A DNA stretch of 64,000 nt, from assembly GCA_965262505.1 (NCBI GenBank), contig CBDHFM010000030.1, forward strand, positions 3,237,722 to 3,301,721, written 5' to 3'. The translations under genes and the position numbers were made by a program. This DNA comes from Vicinamibacterales bacterium. GTDB taxonomy: Bacteria; Acidobacteriota; Vicinamibacteria; Vicinamibacterales; UBA2999. Positions 1 through 10,866 of the stretch are shown in pieces; position 1 is the stretch's first letter, and each line of letters begins with the position of its first letter. The notes under the pieces were generated by a model. It made no database searches and was not told the origin of the DNA. It saw nothing but the letters and a program-made list of their open reading frames with translations.

Positions 1-2352
<2,352 letters not shown>

Positions 2353-2463
2353 TACTCTCTTTGTCCGTGGATCTGAAGAGGTCTGCGGCTTCGCGTTGCG
2401 AGATGTGGTCGATTTGAACTACCGTTTGCAGGGTATTCAGTTGTCCGTTCTTTGACAGGATCC

Positions 2464-2655
2464 AAGGAACGCCGCCAAGGCGTTCCGGTAGAATTAAGGA
2501 ACACCGCCACGGGTGTTCCGGTAGATAGCGCGAACTATCTGTCGGAACAGGGAGGCGGGTTCCGAATCCAAGGAACGCCGCCACGGGTGTTCCGGTAGAT
2601 AGCGCGAACTATCTGTCGGAACAGGGAGGTGGGTTCCGACAGATAGTTCGGGACG
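2464..2655 (+). repeat. Hairpin-rich tandem repeat in the 23S-5S spacer: 74-nt unit x2 plus a partial unit
   Basis: Units at 2496-2569 and 2570-2643 are near-identical and are preceded by a partial unit at 2464-2495. Each starts with a GGAAC(A/G)CCGCC...GG(C/T)GTTCC hairpin. The last unit closes a perfect 18-bp stem, 2605-2622 with 2633-2650. Confidence 0.85.
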
Positions 2656-2721
2656 ATCGGCAAGGCGATGAGGCGTGGCTGAGAGCTGCGCTCCGCCCTG
2701 CCGGACCCCGGACAACCAATT

Positions 2722-2839
<118 letters not shown>

Positions 2840-2849
2840 TTGTTTTTAA

Positions 2850-2890
2850 AAAACCCCGATGTTCCAAATGGATCATCGGGGTTTTTCGTT
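2850..2890 (+). terminator. Rho-independent terminator after 5S, encoded by element DNA
   Basis: Stem aaaaccccgatg (2850-2861) pairs with catcggggtttt (2874-2885), followed by a T-rich tail. Confidence 0.8.
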
Positions 2891-2956
2891 TGTTTTAAGT
2901 AGTTTAGCGTCCTCTCTCTCTTGACGGTCCGCGTTGATTTACATCCGGTTTCGGAC

Positions 2957-2975
2957 TGGACAAAACTGGACAACA
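2957..2975 (+). promoter_or_regulatory. Tandem TGGACAA(A/C)A repeats, candidate arm-type recombinase sites (left arm)
   Basis: tggacaaaactggacaaca here matches tggacaaaacatggacaaca at 10545-10564 in the same orientation. Extra single copies occur at about 3025 and 3048. Confidence 0.5.
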
Positions 2976-2988
2976 ATACGCTTAACCG

Positions 2989-4311
2989 TTGCACATCTCT
3001 GAATGCGTGTGCGGGGGAGCGAAAATGGACAAAATGACAACTGGGTTTGGACAATCCAAACCCAATCGCGGGTCCCGTACTCCACAGCGCACGACCATTG
3101 CAAAAACTCTCCTCGGTGGGAAAGTTCGTCTGCTGCGTCACAACAGCAACCCGATGCTTTACGCGCGCGCGTATCTCCAAGGACGCTACGTCAAGATCCG
3201 CACGATGGAGACGACGGTCCGTGGAGCGTCGCAAGTTGCAGAAGAGTGGTATTTGGACTTACGCGAGCGCATCCGTCGTGGAGTGCAGCTTCACGAACCG
3301 CTTTTCGGAGATGTCATTCGTGACTTCCTCACCGATCCTACCGTCAAGGCAAGCGTCTCCACGGGACAGCACGAAAACTACGCAAAGAAGTGGAGCGTGC
3401 TGGAACCGTTCTTCACGGATGTGCGTGTCTCCCAAGTCACGCTGGATCGGTTAGAGGACATCCGCAACACGCGAGCAGCAGCGACGAACCGTTACGGGGA
3501 ACCGATCACCGCGAACACGATTGACAAAGACATCACGTTCATCCGACAGGTGCTCCGATGGGGACAGGAACGAAAAGGTCTCAAAATCGTCATTCCTCCC
3601 GCTCCGAAGCGCAAAGGACGATTTGCAGTCGTGAAGCAAGGTCGTCCGACACTCTCTCTGAAACAGTGGAGGCGGGTCACGCGAAAAGCTCTTACGGACG
3701 CGAGATCGACAGAGCAACGTCGCGACCGGCAAGAACGCGAGCGGACAAGGGGACGTAAAGTCGATCCTGAGAAAGCGTGGGAACTCTACTATTTCATTCT
3801 GATCGCGTGTGGGGGTGCACTGCGGACCGGGGAAGCATATTCGTTGCGCTGGATGGATTGCTCGGAAACCGTTCTCACCACTCCCGAAAACACCGATGAA
3901 GTCGCGATCCACGTCAAAGTGTTGGGAAAACACTCGCGGGGAGGACAACGTGAAGATGGCTGGGTGCTGATGGGTGGTGTGGTTGCGTTTGATCGGCTTC
4001 GCGCACGTCGAGAAGATGATCCTCCCGATGCGACGCTCTTCCGCTACAACCACGAAGCAGGGTTCCGCGAACTGTTGAAGTCGCTGAACCTTTACACCGA
4101 TCCCGCGTCTGGAATGACGCGCAACACGAAGTCCCTCCGTGTGACCGGGATCAATCTACGTTTGACGAAGAACCCAACCGTCTCATTGAACGATCTTCGA
4201 AAGTGGTGTCGTACGAGCATCGTCCAGATCCAGACCTTCTACGACCAGCTTCATCCGGAGACGAGTGCTGCGCGAGTTGCAGGAGGATCCACCGAGAAGA
4301 AGAAGACGTAG
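2989..4311 (+). CDS. Tyrosine recombinase / integrase (divergent); start uncertain (2989 TTG or ATG ~3024)
   Basis: The C-terminal half has box I ALRTGEAYSLRW, a beta-hairpin Lys region (HVKVLGKH), KSLRVTG in the HxxR position, then W...FYDQ (the Tyr). It sits directly next to attL. Confidence 0.85.
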   Translation: MHISECVCGGAKMDKMTTGFGQSKPNRGSRTPQRTTIAKTLLGGKVRLLRHNSNPMLYARAYLQGRYVKIRTMETTVRGASQVAEEWYLDLRERIRRGVQLHEPLFGDVIRDFLTDPTVKASVSTGQHENYAKKWSVLEPFFTDVRVSQVTLDRLEDIRNTRAAATNRYGEPITANTIDKDITFIRQVLRWGQERKGLKIVIPPAPKRKGRFAVVKQGRPTLSLKQWRRVTRKALTDARSTEQRRDRQERERTRGRKVDPEKAWELYYFILIACGGALRTGEAYSLRWMDCSETVLTTPENTDEVAIHVKVLGKHSRGGQREDGWVLMGGVVAFDRLRARREDDPPDATLFRYNHEAGFRELLKSLNLYTDPASGMTRNTKSLRVTGINLRLTKNPTVSLNDLRKWCRTSIVQIQTFYDQLHPETSAARVAGGSTEKKKT

Positions 4312-4360
4312 TTCCCTGTCCCACGGGCGGTCCGTGGGCGACAGAAGACCAAGGATAGGT

Positions 4361-4648
4361 ATGAACTGGATTGAAATAGTAGCTGTACTAGGGACTGGAC
4401 TAGGGATCGGCACAGTCCTGAGCAGGCTGCTAGATATCTGGCATGAGCGCATCAGACATGGACGTGAACACCAGAAGTGGCTACGGGATGAGCGCTTGTC
4501 AGCGTACGTTGATCTCACGAAGTATCTTTTGACGCTGGGCAGAAGCGGAGTTGATCAACGCGGGATTTCGTTCAAGGAGTTTGAGAATCCATTCGAGGGA
4601 TATGAGAGGTGGACCCTATCGGCTGGACAGCTGATCGACATCGTTAAG
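4361..4648 (+). pseudogene. Small membrane-protein ORF whose 3' end runs into an IS end
   Basis: MNWIEIVAVLGTGLGIGTVL is an N-terminal TM helix. The ORF continues into the presumed IS3-type left end (TGGAATCTTCTGTGTCAC... at 4649). Confidence 0.4.
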
Positions 4649-5088
4649 TGGAATCTTCTGTGTCACATTCCCGTCAAGATGAGAGGGGCAGAAGATGACG
4701 AAGAGGAAACGACGAAATCATTCACCAGTGTTTAAAGCCAAGGTCGCGTTGGCCGCAGTGCGAGGAGAGCGTACCTTGGCCGATCTCGCCGAGCAGTTCG
4801 AGGTGCACCCGAATCAGATCCAGGACTGGAAGAAGAAGCTGGTGGCGGATGCCGAGCATGTGTTCGGCGCCGGTGCGGTCGAGGCTGAGCATTCCGAGCA
4901 GGAGACCCAGCAGCTCCACGCCAAGATTGGTCAGCTGACGATGGAGAAGGATTTTTTGTCCAAAGCGCTCGGTCGAGACCGGTGAGCGAGCGCCGAGCGA
5001 TGATTCAAGCTGACCACCCGTTGACCGTCACCCGACGCTGCGAGCTGCTCGATGTGGCGCGGTCGACGGTGTATTACCACCCCACCGG
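4649..5088 (+). mobile_element. IS3-family remnant (left end, orfA, first ~35 codons of orfB), truncated by the next IS
   Basis: OrfA is an HTH protein (RRNHSPVFKAKVALAAVRGERTLADLAEQFEVHPNQIQDWKKKL). The orfB start (MIQADHPLTVTRRCELLDVARSTVYY) stops abruptly at 5088. Confidence 0.7.
4695..4985 (+). CDS. IS3-family transposase OrfA (HTH)
   Basis: 96-aa ORF with a typical IS3/IS911-type OrfA sequence and leucine-zipper tail. Confidence 0.85.
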   Translation: MTKRKRRNHSPVFKAKVALAAVRGERTLADLAEQFEVHPNQIQDWKKKLVADAEHVFGAGAVEAEHSEQETQQLHAKIGQLTMEKDFLSKALGRDR

Positions 5089-5285
5089 CGACGTCCCCCG
5101 GTCTTCAGTAGCACTTCGGTTTAGAGTCCGGCGGTGACTGTACTGCGTTCCGCGACCAGCCGCTTGGCGTACTGGGCCTCGGTGGACACCCAAAAGCGGC
5201 AATTAATCGACACTTCAAAACCGACAATTAGCTGACGGCGACCGAGACGTTGACGAGGGTCCGGGGCGTGTAGTCCCTGGCCCGG

Positions 5286-6860
5286 ATGAGCAACGTCTTG
5301 GACTACGAGAAGCAGCAGCAGATTCTGGCGCTGGGGCGTTTGGGCTGGCCGGTCAGCCCAAACGCCGAGGCCGCGGCCGTGCGCCGCGAAACCGCCGCCC
5401 GCTACTTGCGCGCGGCGGGGCTGTCGGTGCGCGGCCGCGGGCGCCCTGGCGAAGGGCCGGCAAAAGCGGCCATTTCCCGGGAGGTGTCCACCGACCCGCT
5501 GGCAAAACCGGCTATTTCCCCTGCGGGGGTGTCCACCGACTCTCCGCCGCCGCGGGCGCCCCAGGCGAGTGCGTGTGAGCCACATCGCGAGCGCATCGAA
5601 GCGGCCCTCACGCTCGGGCGCAATGCGATGGCGATTTGGCAGGACCTGGTGGAGGACGGCTTCACCGCCCGCTACGCCAGCGTCCGACGCTTCGTGCGCC
5701 ACCTGCGCGGCGCCGCGCCCGTGGAGGCGCGCGTCGTCATCACGACGGCGCCCGGGGAGGAAGCCCAGGTCGACTACGGCGACGGGCCGATGGTCCGCCA
5801 TCCGGCGACGGGCAAGTATCGACGTACGCGCCTCTTCGTCCTGACGCTCGGCTACTCCCGCAAAGCGGTCCGGCTGCTGGTCTGGCAATCGAGCGCGCAG
5901 GCCTGGGCCGAGCTGCACGAGCGGGCGTTTCGCCGCGTGGGCGGGACGCCGCGTCTCGTGGTCCTCGATAACCTCAAAGAGGGCGTGCTCACGCCCGACA
6001 TCTACGAGCCCGCGCTCAATCCGCTGTATCGCGATGTGCTCGCGCACTACGGCGTCGTGGGGCTCCCGTGTCGCGTGGGCGATCCCGATCGCAAGGGCAA
6101 GGTCGAATCGGGCATTGGCCACACGCAGAAGACGCCGCTCCACGGCCAGCGCTTCGAGACGCTCGAGCAGGCCCAGACCTATCTGGATCGCTGGGATGCG
6201 CACTGGGCGGATACGCGCATCCACGGCACCACGAAGCGGCAAGTGGCGGCGATGTTTGCGGAGGAGCGGCCGGCCTTACAGGTCTTGCCGGTCGAACCGT
6301 TTCGCTACTACCGCTTCGGCGTCCGCACGGTGCACCTCGATGGCTGCGTGGAAGTCGAGGCCGCATACTACTCGACGCCGCCCGGCTGGATCGGCCAGCG
6401 CGTCCAGGTGCAGTGGACGGATCTCCACGTCCGGCTGCTCCATCCAAAGACCGGCCAGCTGCTGCGCGAGCACATCCGGGCGCCGCGCGGGTGGCATCGC
6501 ATCGCCGAGACGGACCGGCCGGCGCGCACGCCCGCCTCCACGGTGGCGCTCCTCGCGCGGGCTCGCCACGCCGGCGCGCATCTCCACATGGTGTGTACCT
6601 ACATCCACGAGCACGAGGGCGCCGCCAGCGTGCGGCGTATCCTCGGCGTCCTCGCCCTGGCGAAAAAATACGGGCCGGCGGCGGTCGATGACGCCGCCAA
6701 GGCCGCGCTGGAGTTGCAGGTGCCGAGCTACCGCTTTGTGCGCCGCTATCTCGAACGGCACCCGTCGGCGCCGCTCACGCTCAAGCAAGTCGACCCACTC
6801 ATCCGCCAGCTCACCCTCTATCGCGATCTCATCGATCGCCAGACAGGAGACCCTGCATGA
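5286..6860 (+). CDS. istA: IS21-family transposase IstA
   Basis: 524 aa with an N-terminal HTH and a DDE core (EAQVDYGDG..., HGTTKRQV). Its stop overlaps the istB start. Confidence 0.92.
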   Translation: MSNVLDYEKQQQILALGRLGWPVSPNAEAAAVRRETAARYLRAAGLSVRGRGRPGEGPAKAAISREVSTDPLAKPAISPAGVSTDSPPPRAPQASACEPHRERIEAALTLGRNAMAIWQDLVEDGFTARYASVRRFVRHLRGAAPVEARVVITTAPGEEAQVDYGDGPMVRHPATGKYRRTRLFVLTLGYSRKAVRLLVWQSSAQAWAELHERAFRRVGGTPRLVVLDNLKEGVLTPDIYEPALNPLYRDVLAHYGVVGLPCRVGDPDRKGKVESGIGHTQKTPLHGQRFETLEQAQTYLDRWDAHWADTRIHGTTKRQVAAMFAEERPALQVLPVEPFRYYRFGVRTVHLDGCVEVEAAYYSTPPGWIGQRVQVQWTDLHVRLLHPKTGQLLREHIRAPRGWHRIAETDRPARTPASTVALLARARHAGAHLHMVCTYIHEHEGAASVRRILGVLALAKKYGPAAVDDAAKAALELQVPSYRFVRRYLERHPSAPLTLKQVDPLIRQLTLYRDLIDRQTGDPA

Positions 6861-7618
6861 ATCTCGTCGAACTCGATCACGCCCTCCGGAAGCTCCGTCT
6901 GTCCGGCATGGCCGATGTCCTCGAAGCGCGCTTACGGCAGGCCCAATCCGAGAAGCAGACCCCCATCGATCTCGTCTCGGCGCTCGTCAGCGATGAGCTG
7001 GTCCGGCGGCAGGACCGGCTCATCACCCGTCGCCTGCAGCAGGCCCGCTTCCGCGATGCCGACCGATCCCTCGACAGCTTTGACCTGGATTTCAACAAGA
7101 AGATGAATCGCGCGCTCATCCATGAGCTCGCGACGGGGCGCTTCATTCTCCAGCGCGAGGACGTGCTGTTTCTCGGTCCACCCGGCACCGGCAAGAGTCA
7201 TCTCGCCCAAGCGATGGGCCATGCGGCGATCCATCAGGGCCATCGCGTGCTCTATCGCGAAGCCCATACGCTGCTCGAGGAGCTGGCGGATGCCACGCTT
7301 GATGGCACCCGTAAGACCTTCTTCGCGGACCTGACCGCCGTCCCGCTGCTCATCATCGATGACCTCGGGATGCGCAAGCTCCCGCACACGGCGGCGGAGG
7401 ACCTGCTCGAGGTGATCATGCGCCGCTATGAGCGGGCGTCCACGCTCCTCACGTCGAACCGACCGGTGGATGATTGGGGCAAGCTCCTCGGCGATACGGC
7501 CGCCGTCACCGCCTTGCTCGATCGGTTGCTCCACCACGCCCACGTGCTCAAGTGCGGGCCCCGGAGCTGGCGGACGAAGATCCACACCGACTTGCGCATC
7601 GAGGACGCAACGAAGTAG
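6857..7618 (+). CDS. istB: IS21-family ATP-binding helper IstB
   Basis: Walker A GPPGTGKSHLA and Walker B LLIIDDLG, with a typical IstB N-terminus (LRLSGMADVLEARL). Confidence 0.93.
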   Translation: MNLVELDHALRKLRLSGMADVLEARLRQAQSEKQTPIDLVSALVSDELVRRQDRLITRRLQQARFRDADRSLDSFDLDFNKKMNRALIHELATGRFILQREDVLFLGPPGTGKSHLAQAMGHAAIHQGHRVLYREAHTLLEELADATLDGTRKTFFADLTAVPLLIIDDLGMRKLPHTAAEDLLEVIMRRYERASTLLTSNRPVDDWGKLLGDTAAVTALLDRLLHHAHVLKCGPRSWRTKIHTDLRIEDATK

Positions 7619-7683
7619 AACTCACCTGTCTCGGTCAGCCGGCGGAAATTGCCGGTTTTGCCCTGTCGATAAATTGCCGGTTT

Positions 7684-8499
7684 TCAGCCGTCCACCGAGG
7701 ACTGGGCGGGCGTGAGCCCGCCCAGTCCCTTCTTCGGCCGCTCCTCGTTGTACTCGCGTCGCCAGGCCTCGACGAGGACCTGGGTATGGACCAGACTCGT
7801 GAACCAGTGCTCGTTGAGGCACTCGTCGCGGAACCGGCCGTTGAACGATTCGATATAGGCGTTCTGATTCGGCTTGCCCGGCTCGATCAGGCGCAACGTG
7901 ACGCCGTGCGTATGGGCCCATGTCAGCATGGCGCGCCCGCAGAACTCCTTCCCGTTGTCGGTGCGCAAGATACGCGGCAGGCCGCGCTTGAGCGCGAGTT
8001 GATCGAGCACGCGGGTGACCGGCAGCCCACCGAACGCGCGGGCCGGCACGATGGCCACCGCTTCGGTGGTCGCGTCATCGACGACGGTCAGGCACTTCAC
8101 CACCCGTCCCTCGGCCGTGCGGTCGAAGACGAAGTCGGCAGACCAGACCTCGTTCGGCGCCTGGGGGCGTACCAGGGGCTGGCGGTCCGCCACCGGGATC
8201 TTCTTGCGTCGCCGCCGACGTACCTGCAGCCTAGCCTCGGTATACAGGCGCTCCACCCGCTTGTGGTTGACCCGTGTTCCCGCCTGCCGCAGCTTGAGGT
8301 AGATCATCCCGGCACCGTAGCGACGGTGCCGGTGCGCTAAGGTCACGATGCGGGCTCGCAACGCCGCGTTAGTATCCGGCGCCGGGGTGTATCGCAGCGA
8401 CGAGGCACTCATGTGCACCAGCGCGAGCGCGCGCCGCTCGCTCACCCCCTGCGCGGTCATATCCCGCACCAGCACCCGTCGGGCTGGGGCGGTCACCAC
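7684..8499 (-). pseudogene. IS3-A OrfB (DDE/rve) with its C-terminus displaced by the IS21 insertion
   Basis: Identical to the OrfB at 53675-54523 until ...GLGGLTPAQ, where the IS21 junction replaces the last ~17 codons. Confidence 0.85.
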
Positions 8500-8756
8500 T
8501 TTTTTCGCAACGCATCGCGCGTCACCTCGTTGTCCAGCACGGACTCGGCCAGCAGCTTCTTCAGCCGCGTATTCTCGGCAATCAGCTCCTTCAGGCGTTT
8601 CGCGTCCGAGACGGTCATCCCGCCGAACTTATTCCGCCAGAGGTAGTAACTGGCCTCCGAGAACCCGTGCCGGCGGCACAGGTCCTTCACCGGCAGGCCC
8701 GCTTCGGACTCCCGCAGGAACCCGATGATCTGCGCCTCGCTGAATCGTTGCTTCAC
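8493..8756 (-). CDS. IS3-A OrfA (HTH)
   Basis: 87 aa, identical to 54517-54780. An A AAA AAG slippery motif lies at the orfA/orfB overlap. Confidence 0.9.
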   Translation of the reverse strand: MKQRFSEAQIIGFLRESEAGLPVKDLCRRHGFSEASYYLWRNKFGGMTVSDAKRLKELIAENTRLKKLLAESVLDNEVTRDALRKKW

Positions 8757-8831
8757 GTCCGATCTCCCTTCTCGTGAGCTCGGACTCTAAACCCGGGTGC
8801 TACTCAATTCGGGGGGGACGTCGCATCATCA

Positions 8832-9446
8832 TCAACCTCCGTTGGTACGGGCAGCGCGGGTCCAGTTTTGCTGCTTCCAGGTCCAGTGAGGCTGAGCGAG
8901 CAGTCTTATCCATTCTCGTTGCTCTATTCCGCTTGGACGGAGATACCCGATGTGTTTCGCAAGGCTCTCTTGCGTTTCCGGGATCACGCGCTGTCCGTCA
9001 TTGAAGATGTGGAGGTTCACGGACTGAAGCGGCGGTCGTGCGTTGATCTCGTCAACGAGCAGCGCGAGGTTCTCTGGCATCGCGATGATCCGGCGTGTTT
9101 TTTTGTCGAAGATCGCGCGTCGGCGGATCGTCGTCATTCTCGGTAGGCATCCCCAACCATGCGCGTGGAATGTGTCGTTCTTCGTGGCGGGCAAGAGCAG
9201 CATTCTGACTGCTTTCGCTACGGGGTACCGTCTCTGGTTGTTTCGCGAGAATGCGACATCGCACCTCGAGGTCACGGCTTCACAAGACTCTCGCATCCAT
9301 CGCTGGACTATCTGGTCAGTAGCGAACTCCGAGGGCTTGTGCGGGTTGAGTGAGAACCAGAACCAGTTGCAGTCCTGGTCGGCTTCGTGTCGTTCTTTCA
9401 ACCAATTCAACCATCCGTTGTAGATTTGCTTTTTGTTCGTTTCCAT
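8832..9446 (-). CDS. Hypothetical protein (element cargo)
   Basis: Open frame with GAGGTG 5 nt upstream of the ATG at 9446. Lower GC than its surroundings. No motif recognised. An AT-rich divergent promoter region lies at 9530-9670. Confidence 0.55.
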   Translation of the reverse strand: METNKKQIYNGWLNWLKERHEADQDCNWFWFSLNPHKPSEFATDQIVQRWMRESCEAVTSRCDVAFSRNNQRRYPVAKAVRMLLLPATKNDTFHAHGWGCLPRMTTIRRRAIFDKKTRRIIAMPENLALLVDEINARPPLQSVNLHIFNDGQRVIPETQESLAKHIGYLRPSGIEQREWIRLLAQPHWTWKQQNWTRAARTNGG

Positions 9447-9670
9447 CTGTACACCTCGGACATCATCAGGTGATGCTGGTTTCTTCCGGACGCGGTCGTG
9501 GTCGGACTCAGGGTCGCTCTCCACACATCTACTTAGATGTCGTGTATTACGTGGTCAATGGCGGATAATAAATGCAGTAACACATTGAAAATAAAGCATC
9601 TATAGGTTTCATTGGCATAGCAATGAAATACATTGACAGACCATAAACAGTATGTCATTATATATCTACA

Positions 9671-10390
9671 ATGACATACGAGAGCGAAGCGAGGAATGGT
9701 ACGACGGTAGAGAAGCGCATCCGGAGGGTCTACGGGTACGCGCGAGTCAGCACTGACAGACAGGTACAACAGGGCTCATCGCTCGGGGATCAGGAACAGC
9801 GTATCAGTGGGTACGCTCAGAGCATCGGCGTCTTCGTAGACGAAATGTTCGTGGAGGCAGGCGTATCAGGCGGCAAGTCGCTGGAGAAGCGTCCCAGAGG
9901 CGCAGTACTGATGAAAGCAGCACAGGCGGGCGACATCATCATCGCAACGAAGCTGGACAGAATGTTTCGCTCAGCGTCGGACGCGCTGGTCGTTGTGGAG
10001 CAGTTGGCAAAGCGGGGTATCCATCTGCACCTGATAGATGTTGGAGGAGATGTGACAGGAAACGGGGTTGCGAAGCTGGTATTTTCCATCCTCGCGGCGG
10101 TTGCGGAAATGGAGAAGAGTCGCATTAGTGAACGCGTCCGGGACGTGAAGAATCATCTCCGCGATGCTGGTCGTTTCACTGGTGGCAAGACTCCAGTCGG
10201 GTACCGCGTGACGCGAGACAAGCGGCTCGTGCGCAACGACAACTGGGACCAGGCAACCAAAGCGATGCGTGAATGGAAGGCGTCGGGGAAATCCTACGCT
10301 GAGATTGCAGTACAGGTCAGGCAGGACTACGGGATCTCGATCTCGATCAGCACTTGTTTCCGGACTCTCAGCAGTTCCAGAAACGCGTAG
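9671..10390 (+). CDS. Serine recombinase (resolvase/invertase family)
   Basis: The N-terminal catalytic motif YGYARVSTDRQ is followed by DRMFRS and a C-terminal helical region. Confidence 0.9.
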   Translation: MTYESEARNGTTVEKRIRRVYGYARVSTDRQVQQGSSLGDQEQRISGYAQSIGVFVDEMFVEAGVSGGKSLEKRPRGAVLMKAAQAGDIIIATKLDRMFRSASDALVVVEQLAKRGIHLHLIDVGGDVTGNGVAKLVFSILAAVAEMEKSRISERVRDVKNHLRDAGRFTGGKTPVGYRVTRDKRLVRNDNWDQATKAMREWKASGKSYAEIAVQVRQDYGISISISTCFRTLSSSRNA

Positions 10391-10544
10391 GCTGGCTCAG
10401 GGTAGGGAATAGCTCGTGAAGCTTCCCGTTCGTCGCTCTGGGACGCTCCTAGGGTTTCTGGTGGGTGGATCTGGACGTGTCCAAACAGGGTGAATCTTGA
10501 CAAAGCTCGTAAGCGACCGTAAATAGGTCGCTTAGCGTTATTTA

Positions 10545-10564
10545 TGGACAAAACATGGACAACA
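10545..10564 (+). promoter_or_regulatory. Tandem TGGACAA(A/C)A repeats, candidate arm-type sites (right arm)
   Basis: tggacaaaacatggacaaca matches 2957-2975. The adjacent palindrome aagcgacc-N7-ggtcgctt (10511-10533) contains taggtcgct, a 9-nt match to the att core. Confidence 0.5.
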
Positions 10565-10608
10565 CTGCCTTAAATGTCATATTTTAAACGTTATTTTTAT
10601 TTTATATA

Positions 10609-10626
10609 GAGAGTAGGTCGCTGCCG
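10609..10626. repeat. Right copy of the 18-bp direct repeat (attR core; orphan 5S 3'-end fragment)
   Basis: GAGAGTAGGTCGCTGCCG is identical to 2819-2836. No 5S body lies upstream of it; AT-rich element DNA does. Confidence 0.85.
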
Positions 10627-10643
10627 TGATTAATTTTTCAATG

Positions 10644-10676
10644 AGCCCGCGTCATCGCACGATGAGCGGGCTTTTC
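10644..10676 (+). terminator. Rho-independent terminator, presumed native rrn operon terminator
   Basis: Long stem agcccgcgtcatcg / cgatga-gcgggct with one bulge, followed by TTTT. Confidence 0.8.
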
Positions 10677-10866
10677 TACGTACGGTCACCGATGGACCTC
10701 TCAATCTCGCACGAAGTCCTACCCCGCGGGACGAGGCCGCTGCGCCTTCCGCGGTGGGCAGGCGCTGCGCGATGCTGTGGCGGACACAGAGCCCGTCGTG
10801 ACGGATCGCGACGGGCTCTTCTTGCCTCTGGCGTCGAGCCTCCGCGTAGAATGATCCGGCGCGATC

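Larger units (their letters stand above)
5177..7700 (+). mobile_element. IS21-family element (copy 1) inserted into IS3-A orfB
   Basis: IRL is ctcggtggacacccaaaagcggcaattaatcgac; IRR reverse complement is ctcggtggacggctgaaaaccggcaatttatcgac. Target duplication ACTGGG(C) at 5171-5177 and 7701-7707. It encodes istA and istB. Confidence 0.92.
5089..8823 (-). mobile_element. IS3-family element 'A', copy 1, split by an IS21 insertion
   Basis: 5089-5177 plus 7701-8823 are collinear and essentially identical with the intact copy at 53643-54847. Terminal inverted repeat is cgacgtccccc...gggggacgtcg. The flanks do not match, so no target duplication. Confidence 0.9.

Noticed and set aside
2464-2655. 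Spacer repeats as a possible mini-CRISPR array
   Set aside because: The units are contiguous 74-nt tandem copies with no unique spacers, they lie inside an rRNA operon, and no cas genes are present.
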